In this document: piece by piece, positions 35,801 to 48,600 of the stretch
How positions within the stretch are numbered: position 1 is the stretch's first letter
Layout of the letters: every line of letters begins with the position of its first letter
Assembly (NCBI GenBank): GCA_964016885.1
Contig: OZ024740.1
Coordinates: 386,012,001 to 386,076,000, forward strand
Length of the DNA: 64,000 bases
Direction of reading: 5' to 3'
DNA from: Eledone cirrhosa
Lineage: Eukaryota
The notes under the pieces: model-generated
Seen by the model: only the letters and a program-made list of their open reading frames with translations
The model's database searches: none
Told to the model about the DNA's origin: nothing
Made by a program: the position numbers and the translations under genes

Positions 35801-37772
35801 GTAGGGAACGAACCCGGCTTTCGTGGGGCCCTGATCAACTTGGATCAATATAAGGCGTTCGATAGGGTTGACCATCGGTACCTGGATGCGGTGCTCGCGG
35901 CGGCAGGCTTCGGACCCGTTTTCAGGGGCTGGATTGCTGCAATGCACAGCAGCAACACCTGCTCGAGGGTCAAGGTGAACGGCTACCTCTCGGAGCCATT
36001 CCAAATCACGCGATCCATTCGACAAGAATGCCCTCTGTCCTCCCTCTTGTATGTGCTGGTTCTCGAGCCACTACTGCGGAAGCTGGAGCTGTTGCAGGGC
36101 ATCCCCTTGGAACCGGGATTGCGGAAAGCGGTGTCGGCTTACGCCGATGACGTGACAGTAATGGTGTCGTGCGCCTCGGAAATCGGGCAGATCGGCACCT
36201 TACTGGAGGAATATGAAAGGTTCACAGGAGCCAAGCTGAACCGGGACAAGTCCGTCGGTTTGCAACTCGGGACGTGGAGGGGCAAAACGATGCGCTCCGA
36301 CGGCATCGTCGGACGCTGAGCGGGGGGACCGGTGAAGCTGCTCGGGGTCTGGTTCGGACCGGACCTCCAGGTGGAGAAAAACTGGGACGAGGTAACGGGC
36401 AAGGTCTTTGCACTCGCCCAGAAGTGGGCCGAGTGGAAACTATCCCTGAAAGGTCGAGCGGAGGTGGCGAACGCTTATATAGCGTCCGTCATCTACTACC
36501 GCTTGACCGTCGTGCCTTGCCCAGAGAAAACACTCGCCAAAATGGAGCGCGCGCTCTTCCGATTTCTTTGGAAGAAGCGGGCTCCTTTGGTGAGAAGATC
36601 CATCTGCTGTCAACACCCTTCGAACGGAGGGCTGGGAATGCCGTGGCTGACGATGCGTAGACACGCATTAAGGCTACGGCACCTCCAGGTATTGCTCACC
36701 GGTCAGCCGGTGTGGGCCCTGTTTGTGAGGCGAGCCTTTCTGAGACTCGTCTCACTCACCGAGCTGCAATCCTGGGTCAAGCAAAGACCGAGAAAAGTGG
36801 GCGACTGGCACATTGAATGTGCCCAGGTGCTCACGGCCCTCTGGCAAGCGGATCCGGCAATCAGTGGAGACTCAACCTCAACATTCTATAGAGGGTTGGT
36901 GCGCAGTAAGTGCGACGACGCTCTCGGAGAGGCTCTGGGCATGGCGGAAGACGAGCTGGCCAGTCTGTTCGGTAGGACGTTTGGCCCGGGACCGATGGAT
37001 AACTTCCAAAAGTTCCTGGCTTGACAATGTTACCGAGGAGCTCTACCCGTTCGGGACAAGCTCTACAGACACGGGCGCCCGGATAGGGACCCCTCGAAGA
37101 AGATCTGTCCAAGATGCGTGCGTGACGAGGAAACCGTTATATAAACCGTCGCACATGCATTCGTACACTTCCCGGGTGTTGCTGACCTGTGGGGCTTTGT
37201 AGAACGACTACTGTCGCGGGTGGGACCAATCCGGTTGACCACCGAGAACATTGTCACGATCAAACCGCCTCCCCCTTTCAAAAACGAAGGAGAGGCGGTT
37301 TTCCTCTGTGTGATAGCCATGGCGAAAGAAGTTGTATGGTGGACAAGGTTGAAAGGGCTGAGGTCAGACACCTTTCTCTCCGGCCAACAACTGGTCTTTT
37401 TTTTCAAGTACTACTTTAGAAGAAGGATCAGAATGGAGAGAGAGGTGCTCTACCCCAGCAAGTTTTATGAAAGATGGGTGAAAGTAGCGAGAATGGCCCG
37501 ATTGAATGGGCCTTCTCTCTATATCAGCCTGTAGGTGAGAGAGGAGAAGAATCAGAAGAGGAAGGAAGCACCCGCTCTTTGTGCTCCTGAAGAGGAGGGT
37601 TGCACATTTTTTCGGGGGTGTGTGCGACCCATGTCAACGCCCCTCCCTATTGAGGACATCGATTGTTAAATTTAATTTGTTATATGTTTTTACACGTCTT
37701 TTTAAATGTATGTAAACTCCCCCCTTTGTATTTGTCCCAATCTTTGATGCCCTGGTGGCAAATAAATAGAAA
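32831..37772 (+). mobile_element. Tx1/L1-group LINE, near full length, decayed
   Basis: ORF1 remnants (~33027-34844) with a CYHCLSRGHPRASC zinc knuckle. ORF2 from 34887 has an APE endonuclease (SVNARGL, AYAP, GDW), RT (KSPGLDG, NFRPITLLN, LDQYKAFDRVDH, AYADD, KLLG) and C-terminal CPRC..ETV.HAF. Internal deletion near 35315 plus stops. Ends approximate. Confidence 0.9.
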
Positions 37773-37774
37773 TA

Positions 37775-38330
37775 TATATCAATAAACATCAATCTCTCCC
37801 CCCTCTCTATATCTAATATACAACACACTCGCCCAGCCCCTCTCTATATCAATAACCACCAAACTATGCCCTCTCTATTTACCATACAACAGTCTCTCTC
37901 ATTGTCTCTCACTCCATCCATCACTACCAAATTCTCCCCCTCTCTGTGTCTACCAATACCTATCTCTCATTCCTCTTAATCTAATCATTACCACCAAACT
38001 CTCCCCTCTCTATATCAACCATACAACTCTCTCTCTCAATCCTCCTCTATATCGATTAACAACGAACTCTCCCCCTCTCTATATCTACTACACGGAACTC
38101 CCTTCCAATCCCCCTCTCTCTATCAATAAACATCAAACTCTCCTCCTCACTATATCAATCACCACCAAACTCTCCCCCTCTGTATATCTATCAATACATA
38201 TCTCTATCAATCCTCTCACCCTCTCTATATATAATATACAACACACTCTCCCAACCTTCCTCTCTATATCAATTACCACCAAACTCATCCCCTCTCTATA
38301 TCTATATCTCTCCCTCCCATCTTTCTCTAC
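37775..38330. repeat. Pyrimidine-rich minisatellite, right flank of the Tx1 element
   Basis: Repeated accaccaaactctcccc(t)ctctatatc...acaacacactc units. Confidence 0.85.
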
Positions 38331-38359
38331 ATCACATGTACATAAATTGTAGCGCACTC

Positions 38360-38885
38360 TTTCGGTCTCCACCCGCTTTCCTGTCGCCACAGTGCCGACC
38401 ACCTTCCACGCCATGCTGCCCTCAACGAGGTCATAAGGCATGGCTTGGACGCTGTAGGCTCCCCTTCCCAGCTCGAGCCGGTGGGCCTGGACCAAGGAGA
38501 CGGCAAAAGGTCAGATGGTATGACCATCTTGCCGTTCCGCGGTGCCAAACCCCTGGTCTGGGATGCCACTTGCACCGACACTTTCTCCAGCCGCAACCCG
38601 GTGCAGTCTGCGACTGACCCAGGTTCTGCTGCACATCGGGCTGAGGAGGTCAAACTCTCCAAATACCGGTCGCTCTCAGACAGGTTTGCGGTCGTACCCT
38701 TAGCAGTGGAGAATTCTGGTGTCCTCGGCCTAAGGGCAACCTCCCTACTCACCACCATAGGCGCTGAGCTGGCCAGCCGCAGGTGTGAGCCTCGCAAATC
38801 GGAATGGCTCTTCCAGCGCGACTCCCTTGCCGTCCTCCGGGGAAACGCCTTCTCCATTCTGTCCACCAGGGCTGTGGGAAGCTAA
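38360..38885 (+). mobile_element. 3' fragment of a CRE-like non-LTR retrotransposon (restriction-like endonuclease)
   Basis: GLHPLSC...RHAALNEVIR, EPVGLDQGDGKRSDG, LVWDATCTDT, EEVKLSKY, PLAVENSG and FQRDSLAVLRGNA fit the zinc knuckle plus PD-(D/E)xK pattern of CRE-clade elements. Confidence 0.8.
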
Positions 38886-38948
38886 ATACATTCCGCTGTA
38901 TTATGGGTTCAAAGCAAATGTGATGTAGATAACAGACAAGTTGTCTTC

Positions 38949-39026
<78 letters not shown>

Positions 39027-39090
39027 ATAATAATAATAAATTTGAAGACTAAAATCCAAAGAGGGCTCGATAAGGATAAATATATATCAA

Positions 39091-39226
39091 ATATTTATTA
39101 AAATAACAGATTAAAGTTTAAGCAAAAATTGCTGCTTTCAACCTTAACGGGATCTTCTGAAACTCAGAAGATCCCGTTAAGGGTGAAAGCAGCGATTATT
39201 TGCTTAAACTTTAATCTGTTATTTTA

Positions 39227-39234
<8 letters not shown>
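39091..39234. repeat. 144-bp palindrome carrying A4-family hammerhead-like motifs on both strands
   Basis: Centre ttctga-aac-tcagaa. The minus arm reads agttt CAGAAGA tcccgttaaggtt GAAA gcagcaatttttgc TT aaact. Confidence 0.85.
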
Positions 39235-39274
<40 letters not shown>

Positions 39275-39280
39275 TTCTTT

Positions 39281-39321
<41 letters not shown>

Positions 39322-39752
39322 AAAGAATAGAGGTGTAACACACAAGTTATTATATATTGGTAAACGGAATAGAAAATGCTGACAAATTGTTCACAGTGAA
39401 AAATAGTTTAATTAGGAATAAGTGAGAATTAGTAATAGTATTGGTTAGTATTCAGTTTTGGTTTTAAGTTTTACCGTTTGCGTATTTCTAATGCTTTTCA
39501 AAAATAATTTTGAGATAGAGCGTCCGTGATGTTTGCTCTGATCTGATTAGTTTTGGGAATTCTACCTGTTTTTATGTTAAAAAAGTGGCTCCAGCGGTAT
39601 TAAAATAAGTTTTACGCCAATTCGCGTTGCAAAAATTCTTGTGGTCAAAACAATTTTGATTGGTCGGTAGAGGTCATGTGAATGTAAAAAACTGATTTTG
39701 CGCCAAATGTAGGTTTGTGTCGGCTGACTGAGAAATAAGTATTTCACAACAA

Positions 39753-39820
<68 letters not shown>

Positions 39821-39910
39821 TAGTAGTAAAGAGGTTCGTTGTTGTGATAATGGTCAGCAGGGATGTGTGTGCGAACCGCAGCCTGTTGACAGTTCAAATG
39901 CCTATTAAGA

Positions 39911-40015
<105 letters not shown>

Positions 40016-40199
40016 TAATGTACGCGTGTGTATGTGGGTGTGTGTCTGTGTGGGTGGACCAGTGTTTTTTTATGGTAAAATGGTGTACATTATTCGATAT
40101 TTTCAGTAAAATCGATTCTCTCAATAGAACATCAAGAACCTTAATAATAAAAGGTGTGAAATGATATATAGTATTGGCATAATACCAAGGTGTGTGTGA

Positions 40200-40422
40200 G
40201 TGTGTGTGTCCAGATTGTACGTACTGCAAGGAGGATCCATTAGGCCTTGCCGTATTGGAATACCTGTGCACAAATATGTATCTGGAGTGTGTCCAGAAAT
40301 TGTATACCTGTGCACAAATTGTATACTTGTGCACAAACTGTACACATGTATCTGGAGTGTGTCCAGAAATTGTATACCTGTGTACAAATATGTATCTGGA
40401 GTGTGTCCAGATTGTACGTATA

Positions 40423-40425
<3 letters not shown>
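40200..40425. repeat. Tandem minisatellite (tgtatctggagtgtgtccagaaattgtatacctgtgcacaaa-like units)
   Basis: About four imperfect copies. Confidence 0.8.
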
Positions 40426-40470
<45 letters not shown>

Positions 40471-40722
40471 CTGGCGCGAAATTTATTATAATTATTGACA
40501 AACCAATCAAATTACTTCTCGAAAAACCTGGTTTTCGAGCCAGTTTTTCCATATAAAACAAGTAACATTTAGAGACCAACCAGATGTGAGAAAAACCACA
40601 GACCCTCCATCTCAACTCACCTTTTGAAAAGCAGTAAAGGAAACCGGTAAAGGAACCAAATAAATATATATATTTTTTAAAAAAATAAGACTTCAGTTGC
40701 ATTTTCGATTTCATCCCTTTTT

Positions 40723-40772
<50 letters not shown>

Positions 40773-41025
40773 ATAATAATAAATTTGAAGACTAAAATCC
40801 AAAGAGGGCTCGATAAGGATAAATATATATCAAATATATAAGAACCGTAGTTCTGTCTTTGCGTGTAATTGTTTTTCACCGCTCCAAATAATGACGTATT
40901 ATATTCGTTTTTCCCCATTCTTTGCCAGGGAACGTTTCCACGAACCAAAGTATCGTCTTCCTGTCTTCCTCCGGTTGCAACGGTTTTTGAAATATTCACT
41001 TCTGCGTTCACAGATCGACTTTGTT

Positions 41026-41076
41026 AGTTTCAGAAGATCCCGTTAAGAGTGAAAGCAACGATTCTTTGCTTAAACT
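41026..41076 (+). ncRNA. Type I hammerhead-like motif, variant core CAGAAGA
   Basis: Stem I agttt/aaact; CAGAAGA; short stem II with U.U at its base; GAAA; stem III gcaa/ttgc; TT. Followed by (TA)n at ~41093. Confidence 0.6.
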
Positions 41077-41087
41077 TTAATCTGTTA

Positions 41088-41129
<42 letters not shown>

Positions 41130-41131
<2 letters not shown>

Positions 41132-41317
41132 GAAGGAAATGTGGTAAGGAACCAGGTGGACCATAACGCACCAAAGTACTCAATACTTAGGGTAGTAGAG
41201 TGGGTAATAGGAACGAGTAGGAGCCCGACGGCTGAGCTCAAGCCGTTTCGACGGGTAATTCTGTCCAGAATTAGCCGTCGAAACGGCTTGAGCTCAGCCG
41301 TCGGGGTCCTACCCATT

Positions 41318-41321
<4 letters not shown>
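41130..41321 (-). mobile_element. Short foldback element containing the 3' half of a hammerhead (GAAA-stem III-GUC)
   Basis: Hairpin 41207-41321; gtcGAAAcggcttgagctcagccgTCgggg; same family as 58980-59160; bounded by (TA)n. Confidence 0.6.
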
Positions 41322-41366
<45 letters not shown>

Positions 41367-41391
41367 ATACTTTGGGAGGGTCATGTTGCAC

Positions 41392-41525
<134 letters not shown>

Positions 41526-41618
41526 GAAGTAATTCCGTCGGAAAGGTGCAGGAAAGAGAGTGCTCTATGTAGGCTACAGAGCTTATTAGTTATGTAATAA
41601 ACAACATAAGATAATTAT

Positions 41619-41676
41619 TTCATTTACCAGTGGTTTCTTGAAAGCAGATATATCTATTTTCAGTCGTCGGAATGAA
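41619..41676 (-). ncRNA. Type I hammerhead-like motif, core CCGACGA
   Basis: ttcatt CCGACGA c tgaaa..tttca a GAAA ccactgg TA aatgaa. Confidence 0.65.
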
Positions 41677-42164
41677 TAAAACCTTTTTTTTTTTTTTATT
41701 AAATATGGATTTGAAAACAAAATATAAGAAATATGAAAGTGAGGCTGAGGAAACAACGGGCGAAGAAGAAGAGAAAAAAAAGAAAAAAGAAAAATACGTA
41801 TGTATATATGAAAACAGTAAATATATAAACATACACACACTCAACCACGCGCATATACTTAAAAAGTACATAGACGTAACTTTGTCACATAAGCGTATAT
41901 GTATCTATAGGCATGGACAAAATACATACACATACATATACATGAAGTAATAAGAATAAATAAATAAATGAATAAGAACAAAAAATACAAAGTCAAAAAT
42001 AAAAGATACGTGTTGACAACGATAAGTGAGAGGAGGGGGGGGGGGATAAAAACAAATAAAAATAAACAAATACATGATGTGTGCATGTACATAAATATAT
42101 ATGTATATAAAATATATATACATATATAAGTATATAAAATATATATACACATATATATATATAT

Positions 42165-43912
42165 GTCTCGAGGCATACCGGATGGAGAAGCTCCTGAAGG
42201 CGAAAAGTAGAGCCTCAAGAAATGCGAGGGGGACATGACAATGTACAGATCGGAGGTGACGACCCTGAAAAACACAGCTTGAGTACCGGCCAGCGACAAG
42301 AGTGAGGTGGAAAAGGTTTGCGAAGACTTCTACACCAAGCTCTTCAAGTCTGCTGGGAATGTGCAGCCGTTGCTGTCACTCCAACAAGAAGAAAATGTGC
42401 CACCCGTCCTTGTCGGTGAGGTCGAAAGAGCCGTCGGCTTGATGAAAAGCGGAAAAGCGCCAGGGAAAGACGGCATAACATCGGAGGTGTTGAAGTCAGG
42501 CGGAGAGCAGCTCTGGAAAATCCTCGCCGAGGGTTTCACACACTATCTGGACGAGGGAAGAATACCCTCGCAGTGGAAAGAGTCAAATACCATCCTGCTA
42601 TACAAGAAGGGCGATAGAGAAGATCTGAAGAACTACCGACTCATATGCCTGCTGTCTCACGTGTACAAGCTGTTCACGAAGATAATCCTGAACAGGTTAT
42701 CACGTCATCTGGACGAACAGCAACCGAGAGAGCAAGCCAGCTTCCGGAAAAACTACAGCACGATGGTCCACATATTTACTCTGACACAACTGTTTGAGCG
42801 AGCAAAAGAGTACAAGATGCCTCTTTGCGTCGCGTTCGTAGACTACGAGAAGGCCTTCGACAGCGTCGAAATCAACGCAGTGCTGAACTCGCTGCAGAGG
42901 CAAGGAGTCGAGGCGCAATACGTTCAACTGCTCAGGGAGGCGGTTCTGGATGCACCACCGACATAGTTCTGCTGTCATCACCCGTACGAGTGCCGGTCGA
43001 GAAGGGAGTGAAGCAAGGAGATACGATCTCTCCAAAAGTGTTCACCGCGTGTCTCGAGCAGATCATCAGAGGCATTGACTGCAAGGCGGTGTCAACATCA
43101 ACGGCGATATACTTGCCCACCACCGTTTCGCTGATGACATCGTACTCATCGCTGAAACCACGGATCAGCTTCAGACCATGCTGACGGAGCTCAACATCAA
43201 AAGCTCTGCAGTAGGCCTCAAGATGAACCGCATGAAAACGAAGTTCATGCGGTCCGACAACGTACCAACAGGTCGAATGGTGGTTGGCGGTGATGAAATA
43301 CAGGAGGTGGAAGAATACGTCTACCTGGGACAAGAAGTGAACATGCGCCGAGACATTGAGAGGGAGATCTCGCGGAGAGTAAGGGCCGGATGGAAGGCGT
43401 CCAACGGCATAAGGGAAGTGCTCAAGTGGAGGTTGGACAAGACCACCCGCGCCAACCTCTTCAATAGCACAATTTTACCTGCAATGTTATATGGCAGTGA
43501 AACTTGGGCTACAACGAAGAGAGAAGAGCAGAGGCTGGTAACGGCTCAAAAAGCCTTGTAGAGATCAATGCTAGGAATCTCGTTGAGAGAGCACTTCAGG
43601 AGCGAAGTCATCAGACAGAAGTCCAGCGTGAAGGATGTCATCACGGAATATATGCGCAGCAAATTCAGATGGGTTGGACACGTCGCCCGGTTCACTGATA
43701 ATCGGTGGACCCGCGCAGTTGCCGAGTGGTACCGGAGCGAGCGGAAACGACCACTCGGAAGGCCTCCACGAGGGTGGAGTTACGATTTGAAGAATACGAT
43801 TGGGACTACATGGATGAGGAAAGCACGATCCAGAGAGGAATGGACGGCGTGCTGTGACCAGCGGCGCCGAATGGACGCCCGACAGACTGGTCGGTCAAGG
43901 TGATCAAGATGA
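42165..43912 (+). mobile_element. 5'-truncated RTE-1-type LINE, relatively young
   Basis: GKAPGKDG, NYRLICLLS, REQASFR, FVDYEKAFDSVE, KGVKQGDTISPKVF, RFADDIVL, YVYLG, RWVGHVAR and RPLGRPP, with few frameshifts. Short tandem 3' end (caaggtgatcaagatg); inserted in (TA)n. Confidence 0.92.
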
Positions 43913-44500
43913 TATATATGTATACACACATACGTACATACACACGCACGCACACACAAAAACATGCACAAATACTCATACACGCGTATAAAAACACATA
44001 CTCAAATGTATGTGTATATACATATATATATATACACACACACAGATACATATATATATATATATACACACACAAAAATATAAAAATAAACATACGTACA
44101 TATCCACATACACATACACATGCGTGAAAAAATACATATACACATACACATACACACGCATACACATGTATATAAAAACATGCATACAACCAAATATACT
44201 AACACACACATAAACCCTACAAAAAAGAGCGTTGGTACAAAGCCTACGTACAAACGTATACACATGCGTGTGCGCACTCGTACGTAATAAGAAATCAACA
44301 CACGCATACAAAACCATACGTAAGACTATACAGACAAAACCAAAAGCATATATACAACCGCATACACACAACTATATACGTAAACACATACATAGAACCA
44401 TATATAAGTATAATATAAACATTAATAAACTCACACACATAAATATATATACACATACACACATACATATATATATAAACACACACATAAATACACACGC

Positions 44501-44570
<70 letters not shown>

Positions 44571-44716
44571 ATAAACAATACAATATAATTACCTCATTAA
44601 TTACCTCAGGTAATTATATTGTATTGTTTATTATACATTAAATTTTGCTCTGGTACTTACATAGAGCACTCTTCACTCCTATGACTTTTTCAATTTTCAA
44701 CGGAAACTTCAATACT

Positions 44717-44815
<99 letters not shown>

Positions 44816-44846
44816 ACACACACATACATACGTACACATACATACA

Positions 44847-44938
<92 letters not shown>

Positions 44939-45449
44939 CACGCACACATACACACATACACACACACGTACAAATAAATAATCCAAATACTATAAATGTA
45001 TGTACACATGAGCCTGTCTGCAAATGCGCCTGCACACAGCCCTATGTGAGTACATAAAACCTAGTGGGTAAGTAAGGACAAAAGGGGAGTAAAATTGAAA
45101 AAATAAAGACAATTATTAAGAATAGGTAAGGGAAAAAAGTGTTGTAAAAGGTTTGCGATGAGAACTAAATAAGATTATCTGATTAAAGAGTGAACTGAGT
45201 AAAGAATAAAGGTGGTGGGTGTGTATGTGTAAAGGGTATGGTAGAAAGTAAGGGGGATTATAAGTCAACTGAAAAAAAAAATTTAAATAATAGGAAAAAA
45301 TATATATATATAAAGAGATATAGGAGATGAGGGAGAAAAAGTATATATGGGTAAGAAGTATGAGTTCTTAGGGTAATAATATTCGTGGTGAGTGGAAGGC
45401 GTAATGAGTAAAGAAGAAGCTCAATGTGGTTGAGTCATCGTAAGAATGT

Positions 45450-45690
45450 CAATCCAGTTAAAAAGTAGATGCGATTTCAGATGTAGACAACATCTGAAGA
45501 TCTCGGATTGGAGTTGAGGCAAATGGAAGGGGCTTTCAAGTTTTGGAACATTTCTTTGTGCCCCTTTGGTATTCTCTTGAATGGTCTAAAATAGACCAAT
45601 CAATAATGTACGAAATGTTTTTGCCTTTGAATTCCCACACTTTATTTGCGAGCGCCGTTGCTGTTCTTTTTTCAGGGTGTTTGTATTTTC
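45450..45690 (-). pseudogene. Penelope-like GIY-YIG endonuclease C-terminal remnant
   Basis: Minus strand reads KHPEKRTATALANKVWEFKGKNISYIIDWSILDHSREYQRGTKKC, then after frameshifts LN..SEIFRCCLHLKSHLL. This matches the T.L...W..K....I.W.I....Y....C / LN..SE...C.H....LL pattern of PLE ORF ends. Confidence 0.7.
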
Positions 45691-45946
45691 AGGGTGTGTG
45701 TATTTTGTCCAAGCCTGTAGATACATATACGCTTATGTGACAAAGTTACGTCTACGTACTTTTTAAGTATATGCGCGTGGTTGAGTGTGTGTATGTTTAT
45801 ATATTTCCTGTTTTTATATATACATACGTATTTTTCTTTTTTCTTTTTTTCTCTTCTTCTTCTTCGCCCGTTGTTTCCTCAGCCTCACTTTCATATTTCT
45901 TATATTTTGTTTTCAAATCCATATTTAATAAAAACACTATGTTTTA

Positions 45947-46004
45947 TTCATTCTGACGACTGAAAATAGATATATCTGCTTTCAAGAAACCACTGGTAAA
46001 TGAA
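45947..46004 (+). ncRNA. Type I hammerhead-like motif, core CTGACGA
   Basis: Stem I ttcatt/aatgaa; CTGACGA; stem II tgaaa/tttca with C.A at its base; GAAA ccactgg TA. Confidence 0.7.
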
Positions 46005-46029
46005 ATAATTATCTTATGTTGTTTATTAC

Positions 46030-46064
<35 letters not shown>

Positions 46065-46114
<50 letters not shown>

Positions 46115-46409
46115 CGTGTTTTGCAACGGGTCACTTTGTGGCTCAATGAGAGTTAATAAATTAAATAATCAGAGCTATATATCATAAAACATGTCTATAG
46201 AATCACCAGATAAAATATATACCATTTCCTCTCCCAATTAGCATAATTAACTATAGAAAAAATCGAATAGACCAGGCTATAAGAATAAGGCTTCTATGAA
46301 GAAATCCCCAACAAATAACCGAAACTAGCCCTTCGCGTCGGCTGCGACGGAATATTTATCAACTTTTCATTGAGCCACAAAGTGACCCGTTGCAAAACAC
46401 GTATATGTA

Positions 46410-46500
<91 letters not shown>

Positions 46501-47037
46501 CTTTATATGTAATAATCTCCCATTAGGTTGAGATACAAATTTGGCTGTATTGTGCTGTGCTTTCTAGCAAAAAGCCACCTCCCAAAAAGCCACACTCCTT
46601 CCAACCTGACCGCTGCTACGTCACGATTCTTAGCCATTTTTTAATGTATTCTTGGCGCGATCACTTTGGAAAATTTATTGTCTAGATTAGAGCAAACTCC
46701 TGAAGAGTCCGATGCTCGAGTTTCCGAAGTTATTGGAAATCTAAAAATGCGGACGAAACCATGGTAGAGGTAAATAAATGTATTCTCTTTTCTCCTAGTT
46801 TATTTTACATCTAATTCTGTTTAATTGACTGTATCTGGGCGATTACGCTGTCGAAATATTCGATAAATATTCCGTCGCAGCCGACGCGAAGGGCTAGTTT
46901 CGCTTATTTGTTGGAGATTTCTTCATAGAAGCCTTATTCTTATAGCCTGGTCTATTCGATTTTTTATATAGTTAATTATGCTAATTGGGAGAGGAAATGG
47001 TATATATTTTATCTTGTGATTCTATAGACATGTTTTA

Positions 47038-47042
<5 letters not shown>
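46065..47042 (+). mobile_element. pLTR-like element with two interleaved inverted-repeat pairs
   Basis: A (46065-46160), B (46180-46360), A' (46355-46505), a hammerhead, then B' (46862-47042). Confidence 0.75.
46695..46771 (+). ncRNA. Minimal type I hammerhead ribozyme
   Basis: ctc CTGAAGA gtccg...cggac GAAA ccatgg TA gag; canonical core, palindromic stem III, weak stem I. Confidence 0.72.
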
Positions 47043-47115
<73 letters not shown>

Positions 47116-47247
47116 CTATTAAGCTCTGTAACCTACATAGAGCACTCTTTTTTCCTGGACCTTTCCGACGGAATTACTTCATTTATATATATATATATAT
47201 ATATATACGTGTGTGTATGTATATATATAAATGTGTGTGTGTATACC

Positions 47248-47282
<35 letters not shown>

Positions 47283-47644
47283 AAATCAATATTGAGTAGA
47301 ACTGGGATGAACATTATTGTTTGGAATTACTTCTGGTATATGAATGTCGTTGTTGGAGTGAGTTTTATTAATTAAATCAACTCGGTTGACAGTTTAACTT
47401 GAGATACCACGGAGAAGCTGGGGGAAGTATGGGACTGTTGAATGAGAGAAAAAGATTGAGGTAGGAGTAACAATGACATTTTTATATATAAAGCTCCTGA
47501 TTATGTCGTAGAAGCGCCGTGTTGACATATGGTGTATCTTACGCATATTTTAAACCTGGCACAGCCCATTGCCACGTCAGGTGAGAAAACAGCTGATTTC
47601 TTTTTCAGAAAAAGAGAAAGAAAGTTGTAAGAAAGAGATATAGA

Positions 47645-47815
47645 GAAACAATCGATCCCAGTATTGGATCGGTACATTTTTATCGACCTCCAAAAGATGA
47701 AAGACAAAGTTGATCAATATTGATTTACACACACACTCAGAGCGCCGTGAACCGAAATGGATACCATAAAGCATTCTATCTTACCGTTTAACGACTCTGC
47801 CAATTTGCTGCCCTT
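47645..47815 (-). mobile_element. Degenerate SINE copy
   Basis: Reverse complement reads caactttgtctttcatcttttggaggtcgataaaaatgtacc. Confidence 0.55.
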
Positions 47816-48218
47816 GACAATGATATTTGGTGACCTTTAAAACATAACGAAATTGACAAAATGTTATTCTTGATTTCGTAGGGTTTGGTATGAAACTATT
47901 TTTGTTGTTGTAGTTTTTTTTTATATTGTTGCATGCTTACGTTTCTGACTAATAATGCTTTCTTTATTAACCACAAGGGTTTACATAAAGGAGACATTAA
48001 GGACAGTAACAATGCTTTGTCATCGAAATTGGGTTGGTAATTGTATCCATAGAAACAAAACAATATCAAAGAAAAGTAGTCAGTCGTTAGAAAACAATAT
48101 ACTGGCTTCTTGTCAGAGTTGCAATGCCATAAATATTAACCACCGGAGGGTGTAGTTTATAAAATATGCATGTGGAATGTGGCGGTGAAGAAAGTCGTAG
48201 ATATGTTATCGTAATATT

Positions 48219-48600
48219 TGTAGTGACCTACATTCCGCGGGCTCACATACATTCTCTGTGCGTGATTTGGCTCAGTTCAGCCAATCAGCGCCAGTAGAAG
48301 AGGATGTATCCCTACGCGCCCTGAGGAAGAAATTCCCCGCGAAGATTTGAAGAATCTCTCTCTTGTACCGGAAACTTCAAGCCAGCAACACGCATAATGT
48401 AACGGTGAGATTTGCACCCTAGCCTCGCCGGCTTTCCGGCGCAATGGCACATTCCCTTTTGTAACCTCTTTTTATCTGTAACTTCAACCATATAAATAAA
48501 CATACATTTCATCTCTAATTACTGCTGTTGAAATCGTTATTATGTTACTCGTGTCTCAATAACATCTATAATCCATGCTGCTGGAATTGGCGACCTGACG
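48219..48600 (+). mobile_element. Possible orphan LTR with adjacent primer-binding site
   Basis: Starts TGTAG, contains AATAAA, and is followed by t-TGGCGACCTGACG, nearly identical to the PBS of the neighbouring Gypsy element. Confidence 0.4.

Noticed and set aside
40200-40425. Repeat array superficially like CRISPR
   Set aside because: No unique spacers; eukaryotic minisatellite.
40121-41011. 296-aa minus-strand ORF
   Set aside because: Patchwork of repeats and microsatellites with no recognisable domain.
42188-42214. ctc-ctgaaggcgaaaagta-gag hammerhead-like string
   Set aside because: Core is incomplete, there is no room for stems II/III, and it lies in RTE coding sequence.
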